Source: Octopus sinensis
Taxonomy: Eukaryota
DNA: 64,000 nucleotides
Assembly (NCBI RefSeq): GCF_006345805.1
Contig: NC_042999.1
Location: 146,692,001 to 146,756,000, forward strand
Direction: 5' to 3'
Position 1 is the first letter of the stretch. Each line of letters begins with the position of its first letter. The position numbers and the translations under genes are program-made. Shown piece by piece: positions 38,667 to 52,645 of the stretch. Under the pieces are notes generated by a model, which saw only the letters and a program-made list of their open reading frames with translations, was not told where the DNA came from and did not search any database.

Positions 38667-41217
38667 GCTGAATTTGTAATTTGAAGATTTCGTTAGTATT
38701 TCCATCATATCAACGAAGATACTTCTACCATAGAGTTATCCTCTTCGCTCGAACTGTAGTGTGTTGACGAACTAGATTGCTTAAAACAACTAGTTCTGTA
38801 TCAGTACAATCTCAAATTGAGTATCTTTTAAATGTCAAATTGTGTTTTATCTTTTTGGTGCTAAGCATTTTCTCTCCTTTTGCAGTGTATGTATCTAGGA
38901 TAAGTCAGCTTTGTAGAATCGGTTTTGACCTTATTATAATTGATAAAAATTCAATAACGCATACTTTTTCTTCAGTTCGACGATATGAGAGTACACAGCA
39001 TTACTTATTACTCATCTGTCCTACTTCTAGGATAGAAAGTTTTGCATGTTAATATGCATTAAGTAGAGCATATTAAGACATGCATTCCACTAAATTAATG
39101 TAGCAAATATATATGATATTTAGCGACGAAGGCCTTGAAGGATGTAGGGAATGTGTTATAAAGAAATTCAGCATTCAGTCTAATCGTCGAGCGTTGAATA
39201 CAGATGCACAGAAATCTATCTATGTGTTTTAAAGCAGTCGGTTAATACCTAATTATTTATGTAGTAGAAATTCCTTTATAAGTAACATCACAGAATCTAT
39301 CATGATGAAAATATTGCCATCAAATTAGATTATATGAAACTACGCATATATTTTAGTCGAGTAACAAATATTGCCCTTGCAGGCTAATCTGCATTACCGT
39401 TGGTCTGCTAAAAAATAAAAGAAATGGAAACCACATAATCCAGTTGGACATTACATCGGTTGTTATAAAATAGAGAAAATTAGAGCATGTGTTTTATGAG
39501 GAATATACTTTATTCTGCGTGCAGGAAGATTCCAAATTATTAAATATATTATTGATCTACAGTATCAAGTAAACGCTGTGAATAAATGCAAGGTATGTGA
39601 AAAGGAAAAGAAAATATGCAATCGGATTGGGAAACGAAGGACCGGTGCTAAGTTGCTCTATCACGAAAAATGTAACTGGAAATCATTATTCTGTTTATTC
39701 TACTGCTTTAGGTGTTACTCTGTTTTACATTACTTCATTGTAATTGAAATAAATGCTGTTGTAAGTGGTATTACTTTAAACATCGCGTTTTACTAGATCT
39801 CAGATGAATGAACGTTTGCAGGATTTAGCCAACTAGTTTATCAAATTAAGTTCGTTGCTAAGGAAGTGTATAATTTCGTTGAATGAGATGAGATTACATA
39901 ACTTAGTGGTGCAGTCATTTTTAATCTTTCTTCCACTCACTGATAGAGAAATGTAAAGAATTTGATCATCACAATTCAAATCAGTCATCGTCGCCATACC
40001 CAACGAAATGTCATTACTATTTGCTGACTTTGAGAACGAAACAACTTCGAGAGAAACGTCAAGTATTCAATTAAGGTAGACGTGAATCAACAGTTGTTGC
40101 TGTTACACCTCTCCCAACAACAATATTAATGATAATATTGCAATGAGAGGACAAGAAGAAAGATGGGAGGAAATACTTTATACAGGAAACATTATAATAA
40201 AACAAATAATTACATGAAATAAATAAAAGCGTTTAACAAAACAAATACTACTTAAAACAAAATTCAGTTTAATGTAAGGGTAATTACCTAAATATAAGTG
40301 AGAAAAAGTCACCCATGTTTATCAATCAGTGTATTCCACACCTTCCTGATTATGCAACTTTTTTACGTCATGTGTTTACAATGCTGTAGATTCATTAAAC
40401 TTCTGTGTTGCGCTCTTGGGCTTTAATGAGTAGATTCGGTGGATCAATGACGTATAATATGTAGGAATGTTTTGTCCTCGTAATATACCGTTTTATGATG
40501 AAGGGTCTTCTCTTCCTCCGGATCGGTATTTCGTCCGGAAAATGCAGGCATTCTACCGGGTCCTTTGTAGGTTTGTGAAGGGCTGTTGAACTTCATTTAG
40601 GGGAGGATCAGTTTCTCCTCACAGAATATGGATTCTCGCTTCATAGGAGATGGCATGTTTCTCAATGGAGAATTTCTTCTGTTCACCACCATGAATTAAG
40701 TTTTGTTTGTTTAATGTTTATTTTGAAAAATCTTGCCTATTTTCGAAAAAATCTGCCAATCGTTCTCTACCTCTGCGAGCTTTTCCTCCTGATGCGTGGT
40801 TTGAATTCGTACTGCAGTGGAGAGAGGCTTCCTGATAATATAGCTCCAATTACTGCTGCTATTGCTTAAGTTGACTCTTTTGGTTAAGGCTTGTAGAGAG
40901 TGTTCTTGGAGCCTCACTTCGTTCCTTGCAGGGAGACCAGACACCTTTTTACGCTCCCGCAGTTATGACCGGTGTCTTCTAGAAGCAGTATCTTCCATGG
41001 TGATTTGGTTCTGTTGTTTTTGTTCTGTTAAGATTTCTGTGCAGAAAGTATCAAGTCGGCTTTTACTTTCACACATGTAGATGCGAGATTTCTGCCTTTG
41101 ATAGTGAACTCTAAAGCCTTCCTCTCAGCTCCCTCGACAACTCTGGTGGTGTTGTTTTGTATTCTTGTGGTGTCATGAAGAATTGTATGTCAATAGTCAC
41201 ACCATCTGTTCACATAA

Positions 41218-41450
41218 TACCTATTTCTTTACTACCCACAAGGGGCTAAACACAGAGGGGATAGATAAGGACAGACAAACGGATTAAGTCGATTACATCG
41301 ACCCCAGTGCGTAACTGGTACTTAATTTATCGATCCCGAAAAGATGAAAGGCAAAGTCGACCTCGGCGGAATTTGAACTCAGAACGTAGCGGCAGACGAA
41401 ATACCGCCAAGCATTTCGCCCGGCGTGCTAACGACTCTGCCAGCTCGCCG
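41218..41450 (-). mobile_element. SINE family B, full length
   Basis: Near-identical to 43597-43828. Confidence 0.9.
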
Positions 41451-42471
41451 CATATACTCTTTTACTCTTATGCTCATTTGCTCATTTTGTGCTCCTAAAA
41501 TTGGCTACGAGGCAGATCTCAACTTCAACATTGATCTACCTATATTTCTCCACCCCAAATATTGTGAGATTGGATTAATGTGTGTCTCGTGCAATATGGG
41601 CTTGAACTTTTGCCACGTCCCGCGTTTTCAACCCTCCCCGTTGTCAAACTGACATATATAATGCTATACTATTTCTTCCACCCTCTCTCTCGCTCTTTCT
41701 CTTATTCTTTCTTGCAAAAGAGATTTCTCTTAACAGACGTGCCCGGTCTTTCTGTAAATGATCCTCCGATGAATCAAGGCGAGCACACATAACGTTGGCA
41801 AAGCACAGAAGTGTTACTCTCTTCCTCTCAAGTAAATCTGTGACAAATTCTGGACGGCTGGCCCACATATCGTAACGCTGGCAAGATTTAGTTCTTGTGG
41901 CATAATGTTTCAGTATTTGCGTCATTGAAAGTATGCTTGCTGTCGATGGCGTTTATTTTTCGTTACACTTCCGTTTGAGAAAGTACAGAAATATTAATTA
42001 TTGCTGTCATTGTCGTTCTTGTCAGACGTGTTGTCCGTTATGCTATGATTTCTTAATAATGTCAGTTTTTCCATTTCCTTCTGTTTTTTTTCATTAATAA
42101 TCTTTTTAGATTTCGCTGTTTTGTATTGTTTAATATAATTTATTACATTTATTGAGTTGTAGTGAGACAATAAATTATAAATGGAAATATGTTTAAAAGC
42201 GATCATATTGTCAAAATTCCAGCATAATTTGACGATTCAAAATGTCCTACAAAAAATCGATGTATTAAATAATATCCTACATGGGAATTAATTGTTTTTG
42301 TTGCACTTGTAAAACTTTGCCCATATAAAACTGCGAATTTTATTTTATCTACTCCGAGTGGATGGAAGGCAAATTCGACCTCGGAGGAATTTGCATTCTG
42401 AAGTCAGAGACAGACGGAATGCCGCTAAGAATTTTATTCAGCGTGCTAACGATTCTGCCAGCTCATCACCG

Positions 42472-42506
42472 TAACAATAATAATAATAATAATAACAATA
42501 ATAATA

Positions 42507-42580
<74 letters not shown>

Positions 42581-42612
42581 GATACTGCTGCTGCTGATGA
42601 TGATGATGATGA
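42472..42612 (+). repeat. (AAT)n to (GAT)n microsatellite
   Basis: Direct reading. Comparable trinucleotide arrays lie at 25385-25490, 44650-44765 and 50545-50650. Confidence 0.97.
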
Positions 42613-43596
42613 TTTGTTTTATTTACCTCAGTGGCGTTAGTTATAGTTGAGATTACAAACCAAATTTGTGTGGGTTTTACATAAAATAGGATGGGTTGAA
42701 ATTAGGTGGAAATTAGGTTGATAGTCATATTCTATTATTATTCAAATGGCTAATTTCTGTCGTATGCTTCCACTGCACTACTGCGCGCTGCTCTGTGTGC
42801 CTTACCCAGATTTATGTGCTGTACTGTGTTTTAGTTTTGTAATTTTTACTAGAGCGAATGTGACCTACGTATAATATGTATGTAGTGCCTAGATGTATTG
42901 TCCTTTGTATATTACGTATATTTCTAAGTCCTGAAGTTGCAGTTAATTAGTTTTCTGCATGCTTTCGGATCAATCCTAAAGTACCAAACTATTATAGAGA
43001 TTGCTTTTATTTTAAGACAGTATCTGTTTAAAGATTTTTACATTAAGATAATCTCTCTGTCTCTTTCAAAGATACGTATCAACCATACGTTATTTGAGAA
43101 GCAATCCATTTGCTGGTGGATCTTACAACAATATCTCGTCGGTTAGCCATGGTCTCCCTGTTTAAGTGTGTATATATATCTGTTTTCTTTCTATAATTAT
43201 ATCAGCTGGTATAACTTCTAGTGTGTGTTAGTCCTAAATCTTTAATTCCTTGGAGTATTCTTCCTTGGTTAGGACTGGTCACTGATAGACAATGTGCCGA
43301 CTTTATATTTTTATTCATCGCCACATATTCTGCAGTTTGTGCATTCTGCTTCTCTATATGCTTTTGGTGCTTTCAGGCAAGTAAAACAATGGTCCCGTAC
43401 TGCAGTCTAGAAGCATTATTATGATATAAACATTATCTTAAATCTGGTGACAAAATATTTCTTCAAATCTAAAGAATCTTTTATAATATTCGTGCCGAAT
43501 AGAGGATGACACTTTCTGCATCTTGACAATGCGAATTTCAGTTCCGTCAAGCTTGACTTCGCCTTTCATCTTATCGGGGTCGATGAAATAAATACC

Positions 43597-43828
43597 TATT
43601 TCTTTACTACCCACAAGGGGCTAAACACAGAGAGGACAAACAAGGACAGACAAACGGATTAAGTCGATTATATCGACCCCAGTGGGTAACTGGTACTTAA
43701 TTTATCGAACGCGAAAGGATGAAAGGCAAAGTCGACCTCGGCGGAATTTGAACTCAGAACGTAACGGCAGACGAAATACCGCTAAGCATTTCGCCCGGTG
43801 TGCTAACGATTCTGCCAGCTCACTGCCC
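43597..43828 (-). mobile_element. SINE family B nested in an older opposite-strand family B copy (about 43530-43920)
   Basis: Perfect 17-bp TSD TCGATGAAATAAATACC at 43580-96 and 43829-45. The host halves are collinear. Confidence 0.9.
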
Positions 43829-44735
43829 TCGATGAAATAAATACCGGTTGAACACTGGGGTCAATTTAACTGACTTACACTTCCCCAAAAATTGCTGGCC
43901 TTGTACCAAAAATTGAAACCGCTGCTATTAATAGTAGCAGTATTGCTCCTACGATGTAGACTTATTTTGCTACTACCGTTACCTTAACCGGAAATGTAAT
44001 AGTTGTTGATATTGCTTAGTTTTCGATAAAAATAATTATGTCTACCTGCCTACGGTTTGTTATGTTGATATTCACATTAGTTGTTATATGAATTTATGCT
44101 TCAGAGTCTATTATTTTTATCCTAAATGTCATTCATTGAACAAATCTTGTTAGAAACCCGCCCAACCATCACTAACTAAAAATACAAAGAAAAATATAAG
44201 CAACAAATAAACAGGGAATGGTTTAACAATAAATTGAAAATATTCTAGAACACACACGATTATATACATACATGAGCACACGCGCATATGTACACACACA
44301 CCCACACACACGCGTATGCGTATATATATGTAGGTATTATACATATATTTACGTGTATACATACGTAAATAAACATGTTTGCGTACATACATACGTACGT
44401 AGATGGTGAAAAACAAAACAGGATATATTTGAAATATCACCAGTACTATTTATCAATATTTGTCTTCAACACCTGCAATGATATTTAAGTTTCATATTTT
44501 CTCGGTATAGAAAATGGCGTCTTTAGAGGTTCCTGCTTTAAGATCTTTAAGTAATTACAGATATAAAAATTTACCTTCTTTCTCTCTGTGAGGGAAACAT
44601 GTTGTCTTTGACATGAACAGTGGAACAGAATACGAAGTTTGTTTTCGTTGCTGCTGCTGTTGTTGTTGTTGCCACTTTCTTGTTGTTGCTATTGTTGCTG
44701 TTGTTGTTGTTGTTGTTGTTGTTGTTCTTCTTCTT

Positions 44736-44769
<34 letters not shown>

Positions 44770-44829
44770 ATGTCTTCTGTACTTCTTAGATGACAACTCC
44801 TATATGTCTGCACATTCATTTCCTTATGT

Positions 44830-45830
44830 ATTTCTCATGAAAAACAAATATGCTGAAATTGTTTCTTCTTGTTTCACAATTCTGGTATTTCAATATCATT
44901 CCCATAAAATCAGTCTTGGTATTTACGTTCTATTTTCCAGAATTTGATCCATTTGCGCTCAATGCAGAGATCTGAATCTTCCATTGTTACTAATGAGAGC
45001 TTTAGTGTATCTTCAAGCGCAGTATGCTTATCTTTGGACCTGGGTTTATGGAGATTCAGAGTAGATTTGAATAATTGGCCTTGAAGTTGTATGCCGTTCC
45101 TAATTTCGAGTTTTCACTTGGCTGTCATTAGGCAGTGATCCGCATAGATTTGGCAACGCATATGTCATGCCGAACTTTCTGACAACAAACGATGCTGACA
45201 ATCAAGTGCCAGTGATTAGCATGTGGGCGCATCGAAGATGTGTGGTTCCTTAATGACAGTTTAAAAGTGGTGCTTGTCAGAAATGAATGGTTCACGGTGC
45301 AAAAATAATGGAGCAAAAGTTCGCCGTCAGTATAACAGTTGTGTATTCCATTAGTTATTGACGCATTCCACCATGTTCTGCGATATATTTCGATCCGGCC
45401 ATTGAAGTCGCCTATCAATATGTGTTTTGTCTTTTTTGAGGGAATGGTTGAAATTAGTAATGATTGATCTTCGTAGGACTTAACTTCGGATGTTTAATAA
45501 ATGTTTATTGAGGGGACATGGCAGCTTACAATGTCGAGAAAATTCTGTTGGTAGTCTCAAAATCTTAAGTTCATCATAAATGGATTTTTTGAAATATTTT
45601 GGAAAGCAGTTATTCTTTAGAAAAGCAACAACAGATTCGCGCTTGTCATATTTATCCTTCTTTGACACGTAGAATGTGTAGCCTGCCCCATTTTCCTTCT
45701 GATGCCCAGTCTCTGGTAGTCTTGTTTATCATGAAGGGCTGATCTTCTTGCAGGTCTATCTACTTTGTTGCTATCAAGCAAAGCGTGTATATATCATCCA
45801 CCAAGCGTCAGTGATATATATTGTTGTCTA
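44830..45830 (-). mobile_element. Old, degenerate RTE-clade LINE, apurinic endonuclease region
   Basis: Broken frames give LDSNKVDRPARRSAL, GHQKENGAGYTFY, LRLP, MIGDFNGRI..HWHLIVSIV..RHDICVAKSM (ORF 45128-45418) and RKYQD*FYGND. These are collinear with RTE APE motifs (GYTFFWSG, GDFNARVG, HWHLIDY, RKHQDWFDEND). Confidence 0.8.
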
Positions 45831-46683
45831 ATATTGCAAGAATTGAATTCCGTCGTCAACCATGTTCTACTGAGCAAGAAGGAATGGAGCAGTAGGTGAG
45901 CACTGTGTTCCTGAATAGAGCTGCTCAAACCTCAAAGAATCTGCAGGAGTTCAGCACCGTCTCGTTTGACAAGCTACAAGCCAATAACATGAGCCTCCTA
46001 GAATGGTGATTGCGACTGACAGCTTTCAGCTTTCCAAGTTTGTTATCGCTAACCCTATATCGCCACAGAAAATCCAAAGAAGAAAAAAAGTAAAACTGTA
46101 CTGAATTCCGTAATAGTTTTCAAGTGAAGTACAACTGTGCAGCGACTACTCCTACTCTCTTCTTGCTCTTCCAGTATACAGTAGCAAGGTAGAATCATGA
46201 TAATTCAGAAATGTTGGAATTTAGGAGCTGCCAGAATGAGAAATCTTTCTACTGCCTGCAGGTGCTTCCAACCAGATTTTCTTTTAGGATTGATCACCTT
46301 GCCCTATGCTTAAATATGTGCAATTCGCTAAGTAGCAGACATTATACAACGTATGTATTTTCCAATGAGAAGAGCTAGTCAATGTTATTGGATGCAGATT
46401 AAATTGCATGTGTTACACCAGAGTTTTCCTTCTAGAGAGATGTCAAAACAAAGGGTACTTTTCTGTTACGCAAAGCTAATGGACGATGGTTTTCTCTATT
46501 CAACGCTTAACAGGGTTTGTGTTTCGTACTTCAGGATGTCCACAGGAACAACTGTCCTCACCAGGCAGAATTGTTAGAGTTTCTGATTTAGTGTCTGACC
46601 GCTTGACCATACGACAGGTTCCACAGGATGAGTTGTATATGTATATGCATGTGTCTATATATGTATATGTGTATATGTGAATG

Positions 46684-46735
<52 letters not shown>

Positions 46736-47011
46736 GTTTATAATAAGTGTAGATCGTATACGAGTGGGTATATATTTATAAAAAAAAGAAGTTTGAAAAC
46801 GCCACTATATAAGATAAATTTTAATTTTCTTAGAAATTTTACGTGTTTCGGCTCTTCTTGAAAAAACGAACCTTAACAAAAATATTTTAAAAAGTTATGG
46901 GTAATAAAGAAAGTTCATAATTGTTTCTTACTAGTCTCAACAGAATCCACGTGGTGGTTTTTTGTGGGGAGGAAGAATAATAGCTGTCTTATGTGTTCAC
47001 TAAATTAGGGA

Positions 47012-47086
47012 AATGAACAGTGGCCGAAATAGCAGTAGCAGCAGTGACAGTCACTGCTGCTACTGCTATTTCGGCCACTGTTCATT
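47012..47086. repeat. Perfect 37-bp inverted repeat with 1-nt spacer
   Basis: AATGAACAGTGGCCGAAATAGCAGTAGCAGCAGTGAC-A-GTCACTGCTGCTACTGCTATTTCGGCCACTGTTCATT. Confidence 0.95.
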
Positions 47087-47652
47087 CAGATACACATGTA
47101 CGAATGCGTGTGTGCATTCGTACCTGTGTATATGTTGGTATATAGAATAAACTTGTAAACGTACCGTAGCCTTCCAATGAAACAAACATTTAAATGAAAT
47201 AAATATTAAGGGTGGCGGGCGATAGAATCGATCGACCACAGCGCTTGAAATGGGTGCCAAAGAAAACAAGGACTGTCCGAAAACTGAATCCATTAGGAGT
47301 ATAATTCCAAAGAATTTTTGAACCCATAATTTAGTCATACTTTACAAATATATAAATTACACAGAATTATTTCCGGTTTTTGTTTGATGCGTTTGATTTT
47401 GCTCGTTTACCTGCGATGTATCAAATCAGTATTCATAAACACATAGACAAGAATATTTAAAATAAGAAAAAATGCAATTATTACTCGGCATTACGTTGAT
47501 CAAGATTACTAATCATTGATATTTTATGATCTATCTTAGCTATTTATTCCTATATAACATCTACTTCTAATAAATTCCTATCACGTTTTCATACATTTGT
47601 ATACATTTTTTGAAATCTACCTACCTACCTACCTACCTACCTACCTACCTAC

Positions 47653-47728
<76 letters not shown>

Positions 47729-47968
47729 GTCTTTCGATCTATTATCGATCTCTCATGGATCTATGTATACATATATTGTTATTATTATTATTATTATCAT
47801 TATTATTATTATCATTAATAACGCTCTTGTAACTCTTACTGCTTTGCATAATTGCTATTAATACTTTGAGATTTTTTCACTCTCAGATCGTTAACATAGA
47901 GTTTCGTTAACCTTATACTTCATGAATATATTGTACACACTCACACACGCACACGCATGCATACATTA

Positions 47969-48018
<50 letters not shown>

Positions 48019-50954
48019 CGTGCGTGCGCGCGCGCGTGTGTGTGCGTATTTGTGTGTAGGTGGGGCATGTGTGTGTTTATGTGTGTGTGTGTGTGTATTT
48101 CAAAATGCTCCCAATATTATGATGTATATATTTTCCTCTATTTTCCTGGAGTTGAAGTAAAAGAAAAAAATCGCTAACGATATCATTAAAGAGACAATCT
48201 CTGTTTATTAGAATCAGGCGGTAAAAAATCAGGGGCGCGAATTCCATCGAGTTCTGTCCACATCCCGGTGTCAGTTAAGTTACTTAACAAAAAATTTGAA
48301 ACCTGGAATTTGTGTGGAATGACGACTGGTTGATTAGCAGAGAAGGTAGAGCACCAGTATACGTTTTCAGTTCATTTCCAACAGAAGGCAACCAGAACTT
48401 TCTTAACTCAGGGACTGAAGAAAAAAGTACAAATCAAGCACTGTTGATGATATCATCGATCTATATTCCATTTTCTTTCTTTGTTACTTTGAATTAATTC
48501 TAGAAAAATATATTTTGAAGAGAAATACCAATTGTTACACGATAGTATGAGAGAAACTGTACTTTTAGCTGTGATCATCTTATTTCTCTACCTTATTACA
48601 CCAACACTGACAATAGCGATAAAAATGCATACTTAGCATGTAACTCTCTCCTACTGTTTTACTATATTGCTCTATATTTTGTTTTATTCAAATACTCTAG
48701 CAGTATATTTTGTTTTAGGAATGTCAGTGTTCAGAGCTACTGGCGTGGATGTGACAGGTTATTGAAGAACAGTTAACAAATCGACAGTGTTCATCTTGTT
48801 ACTGACTTAAAACTCTATCCATATTCATGACACATAATTGGTAATTTGTACTCACCTAAGTCTACATAGGGGCTTGTAGTTTAAACTACAGATAACCTGG
48901 TCGAGGAAAGCTACAATGAAAACAATTCCAGTTATGATCATTCCGTTCTTTATTATACTATGTGTGTTGGACTAGGTGTCTTGAGTCTCTTTCATGCCTT
49001 TTTAGACGGTATAATATGATTGGATGAGATGTTCTTGTTTCTTCCATTTGGCATAGCAAACACGTAAATGTATTAACTCTGGCTCTTTACAGTTTTGAAT
49101 TCAAATCCTACCGAGTTTAACTTTGCCTTTCATCCCACCGGGGTCAATAAAATATAGCACCAGCAGAGAAGTGATGTTGATAATCAATCAGTACCCTTCT
49201 CTCCTTTTCAAAATTCTTGGCCTTGTGCTCAGATTAGAAATAATTACTATGAAAGATGATGAGCTGGTACAATCATTAGTTTGGATAAAAAATAAAAATG
49301 GCTCACTGGCTTAAAATATATTTTGCCGGAAAGTGTAATATGCGACGTAGCAAAATAAAATTCGTATATATCTTGCAGTATGGGGTGTTGGTCTCGAGTC
49401 CTATTATAGACATTTACAATATTCAGGAAAGGATAAGGCGGTCACTTGACTGGATCGTTATCACGCTACACAAATGTCTTCGATGGGTCATTGACATAAG
49501 TATCAACTGAGCAAAAGGATCGATGTAATCGACCTATTTGCAACCCTGAATATTACTGATCTTGTGACAAAATTTTACGGAATATGTAGGAAACGATAAC
49601 ATGTGTAATTTAATCTTGAATCACATCTTAAGGATCTGGTTTTTAGTGATGTTTTAACAATGTAATGTCACTACTTTGACTAAATGTTCTAATTTTAGCA
49701 TGCTTTCATTGCAGTTTTACTAGATTTGATGTGAATATACTTTTACATTCACATGGAATTTTAGGGAGTAAAATATAAGAACTTGAACTTCCTAAATTTT
49801 TCCAAGATGGAACTTATCTTTTGTTCAGTTAAGATTAACATTGCGGTTATAAATTTAACAGACATTTTACTGTCACACTGGGGCACCCACAACCATAATG
49901 TTGTCATCAATTCTTTAAATAAAAGGTCCTCCTATTGATGAAAGTGAGTAGACAATGGGCTCTGTGATGTTCGTGCTTCCGCTATCATAATAAACCTCAC
50001 AGAAATGAAGTGTCTTTGTCTCTTCAATTGAGAGTCTCAAACACTTCGCACCTCGGATCCCCGTGAGCATACTGTCGATTAAATGCTGTTCACAATAATC
50101 ACATGAAACGATATCATTGTCTTTGATATCTCATCATTAATTCGCTATCATCAGTACAATATATTTACATGAATTACTTCCCCTTTGATGAAGAATATTT
50201 TTTCTATTCATTTACCTTATTTTGTTATTTCTCTAACGTTGAGTAAAGTGATGCAAAGCATATATTGATTCAGTTGTCATTAAAAAAAATGTATTTTACC
50301 AATATAACCAGAAATAGAAGGATGTGTGAAAAATAGAAAACAAAAGGTAAAAATAATAATAAACTAAATGAATCCAGATCAAACGATCGAATATGTTCTA
50401 AATTTGGATCCGAATTAATCAGAGTTATAATAGATTTCCAAAGCAAACAAGAGTAACAACAACCAAAATAAAGAGCAAAAGAAAAGAAAAATGGAAATTA
50501 CAAATAATACAACCGAAAATAATACGAACCGCAAGACTAATAACAAAAACAACAACAACAACAACAACTACTACTACTACTACTACTGATGATAATTATG
50601 ATTATGATTATGATTATGATAATGATGATGATTATGATAGAAATGATAATGGTAATGGCAATATTCATAATAATAATTCCTGTTTTCGACGCAAGGGCTA
50701 GAAATGAGAGAACATTACAACACACTCAACTAAACAACCTTTCATAAACGCAAATGATTCAAAGTTCTACTCTGTAGTCATACAAATCTCATTCAAATTA
50801 GCAAGGCATGTTTTCTCCTCCTCCTCCTCCTCCTCCTCCTTATCATCATCATAACCACCACCACCATCACCATATATACGTATATATGCAAACATATATG
50901 TATATATATATGTACATACACACACATATATGATATATATCTATGTATATATTG

Positions 50955-51230
50955 TTGTTGTTTGTTTCTCCTCGAGCCATGCTTGGCTCATAAGGGCCGG
51001 TTTCCTGGCTTTCTTGGCGTATAGGTTCCCCACCCGGACGGGACGTCGGTCCGTTGCAGGCGAGCTGCAAGATACAGGGGGAAAGAGTGAAAGAAAGTTG
51101 TGGCGAAAGAGTCAGCAGAAGCTTAGGTGTTTCGCTCATAAACACACACATCCCCCGGTCTGAGATTCGAACCCGCGATCCCTCGACCGCGAGTCCGCTG
51201 CTCTAACCACTAGGCCATGTGCCTCCACTT
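50955..51230 (-). mobile_element. SINE family C variant with a different tail ending in (AAC)n
   Basis: Reverse complement reads TGGCCTAGTGGTTAGAGCAGCGGACTCGCGGTCGAGGGATCGCGGGTTCGAATCTCAGACC, with intact A and B boxes. Confidence 0.85.
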
Positions 51231-51231
51231 G

Positions 51232-51262
<31 letters not shown>

Positions 51263-51349
51263 TATGAGTGTGTGTGTGTGTATACAGATAGATATAGATG
51301 GATGATGGATTGATAGAAACATTGATAGATATCTATATATACATCGATT

Positions 51350-52645
51350 CCCACGCAGTTTGGGGCCTTGTGTATCTCTGGTAATCCTTTACTGTTGACA
51401 GCAAGGGACTTCACTGTTGATATTTTATTTAATTTTTCATCAACAGTCTCAATGCTGCCAAATTGTGAAGGCAAGTAAAGTGGAGCATATTGAAACTTGC
51501 ATTTGGTTGATATTTATATATTTTATTGATCCCTGGGAGAATAAATCGTAAAGTCGACACTGGCATTTGAAATTAGAAAGTAAAATGAGGGAAACTAACT
51601 GTTGTATGATATCTTATATTTCTACTTATTACACCATTTCTGACTGTACCTTTATTATTTTGGATTTCGAATTTTCACATTGGAACACATACATAAATTT
51701 GTACGTAAAGGTGCTGTGAATGTTAGAATCAGAACAAAATACATTGTGATACTGAGGGCAATAACTGTACTGTAGATTTGAAAGACATTCATAAATGAGA
51801 AAGACGCTCATAAGTTTCTTTTTTCTTTTCCTTTTGGACAGGATCAACTTTGTTTTAATAAGTATCGATATATTACTGATTTTACACTTCATCACAATGC
51901 TGCAAATCTTTGAGAAACGCATAAAGCATGTTGAATTGATCTCTCCAAAAGATATCCAGTACTTATTTTCGTTTTACTGATGGAATTGACCACGAAGCAT
52001 TTGAATTTTTAACAGAATTATGAAACATAAATATTTGATTTTATAGCACATAAGGAATGTGAAGTCAAGACGAGTTCACTTTCCTTTAGTGTTGTGGGAT
52101 GTTGGCAGTGACAGAAACGAGTGGTGAGGAAAGGCAACATAGGAACTGTAACAGAATTATTGAACTTGACCTTGAGATGTGACCAGGCTCTTGTACTAAA
52201 TGGGTTAATTTATGTAGTTAGCATGGTGTTGACTAAAGTGGGAGACGGCAATAAAGGAGAGAAAGGAAGGAAGGCGAGAAGGCAAGCAGCGTTTGTAGAA
52301 GACTACAACAGAATTGCTTGGAAAACGGAGCTGTGGACGGTGCAGGTTGAATATAAAGAATATTCAAGGCTTCCTTTTAAGAGTTGGTGTTGAACTTTGG
52401 GCGTGGTTGGACGTAAGATGAAAGGATGGGCGAGGAGCATTCGTTTCGCAGCAGGGGTTGATTTATGTGGAATAGTATAGAATTAGGCAAAGAACATTAG
52501 TGACGCACTAAGTAGAACATCCCAATACAATACCGACGACTAGCAAGATGGTCTAAATATCTATGGGGCTCTGTGCATCACTGGTAATCCTTCAGTGTTG
52601 ACTTCACTGTCGATATTTTATTTAATTTTTCATCAAAAGTATGAA
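51350..52645. repeat. Two diverged direct copies of an 80-95 bp repeat segment (51350-51460, 52560-52645)
   Basis: Both contain ctggtaatcctt..tgttgac..cttcactgt.gatattttatttaatttttcatcaa. Confidence 0.7.

Noticed and set aside
46995-47035. Hammerhead adjacent to the 47012 hairpin (..GTGGCC-GAAA-TAGC)
   Set aside because: No CTGANGA core or matching stem I upstream.
51163-51222. tRNA gene
   Set aside because: A and B boxes are present but no proper acceptor stem or cloverleaf is evident, and it continues into a SINE body seen elsewhere. The same applies to 16353-16420, 32376-32450 and 63391-63460.
51837-51980. Strong polypyrimidine tract plus CAG followed by a short open frame
   Set aside because: No recognisable product and no supporting donor or upstream exon.
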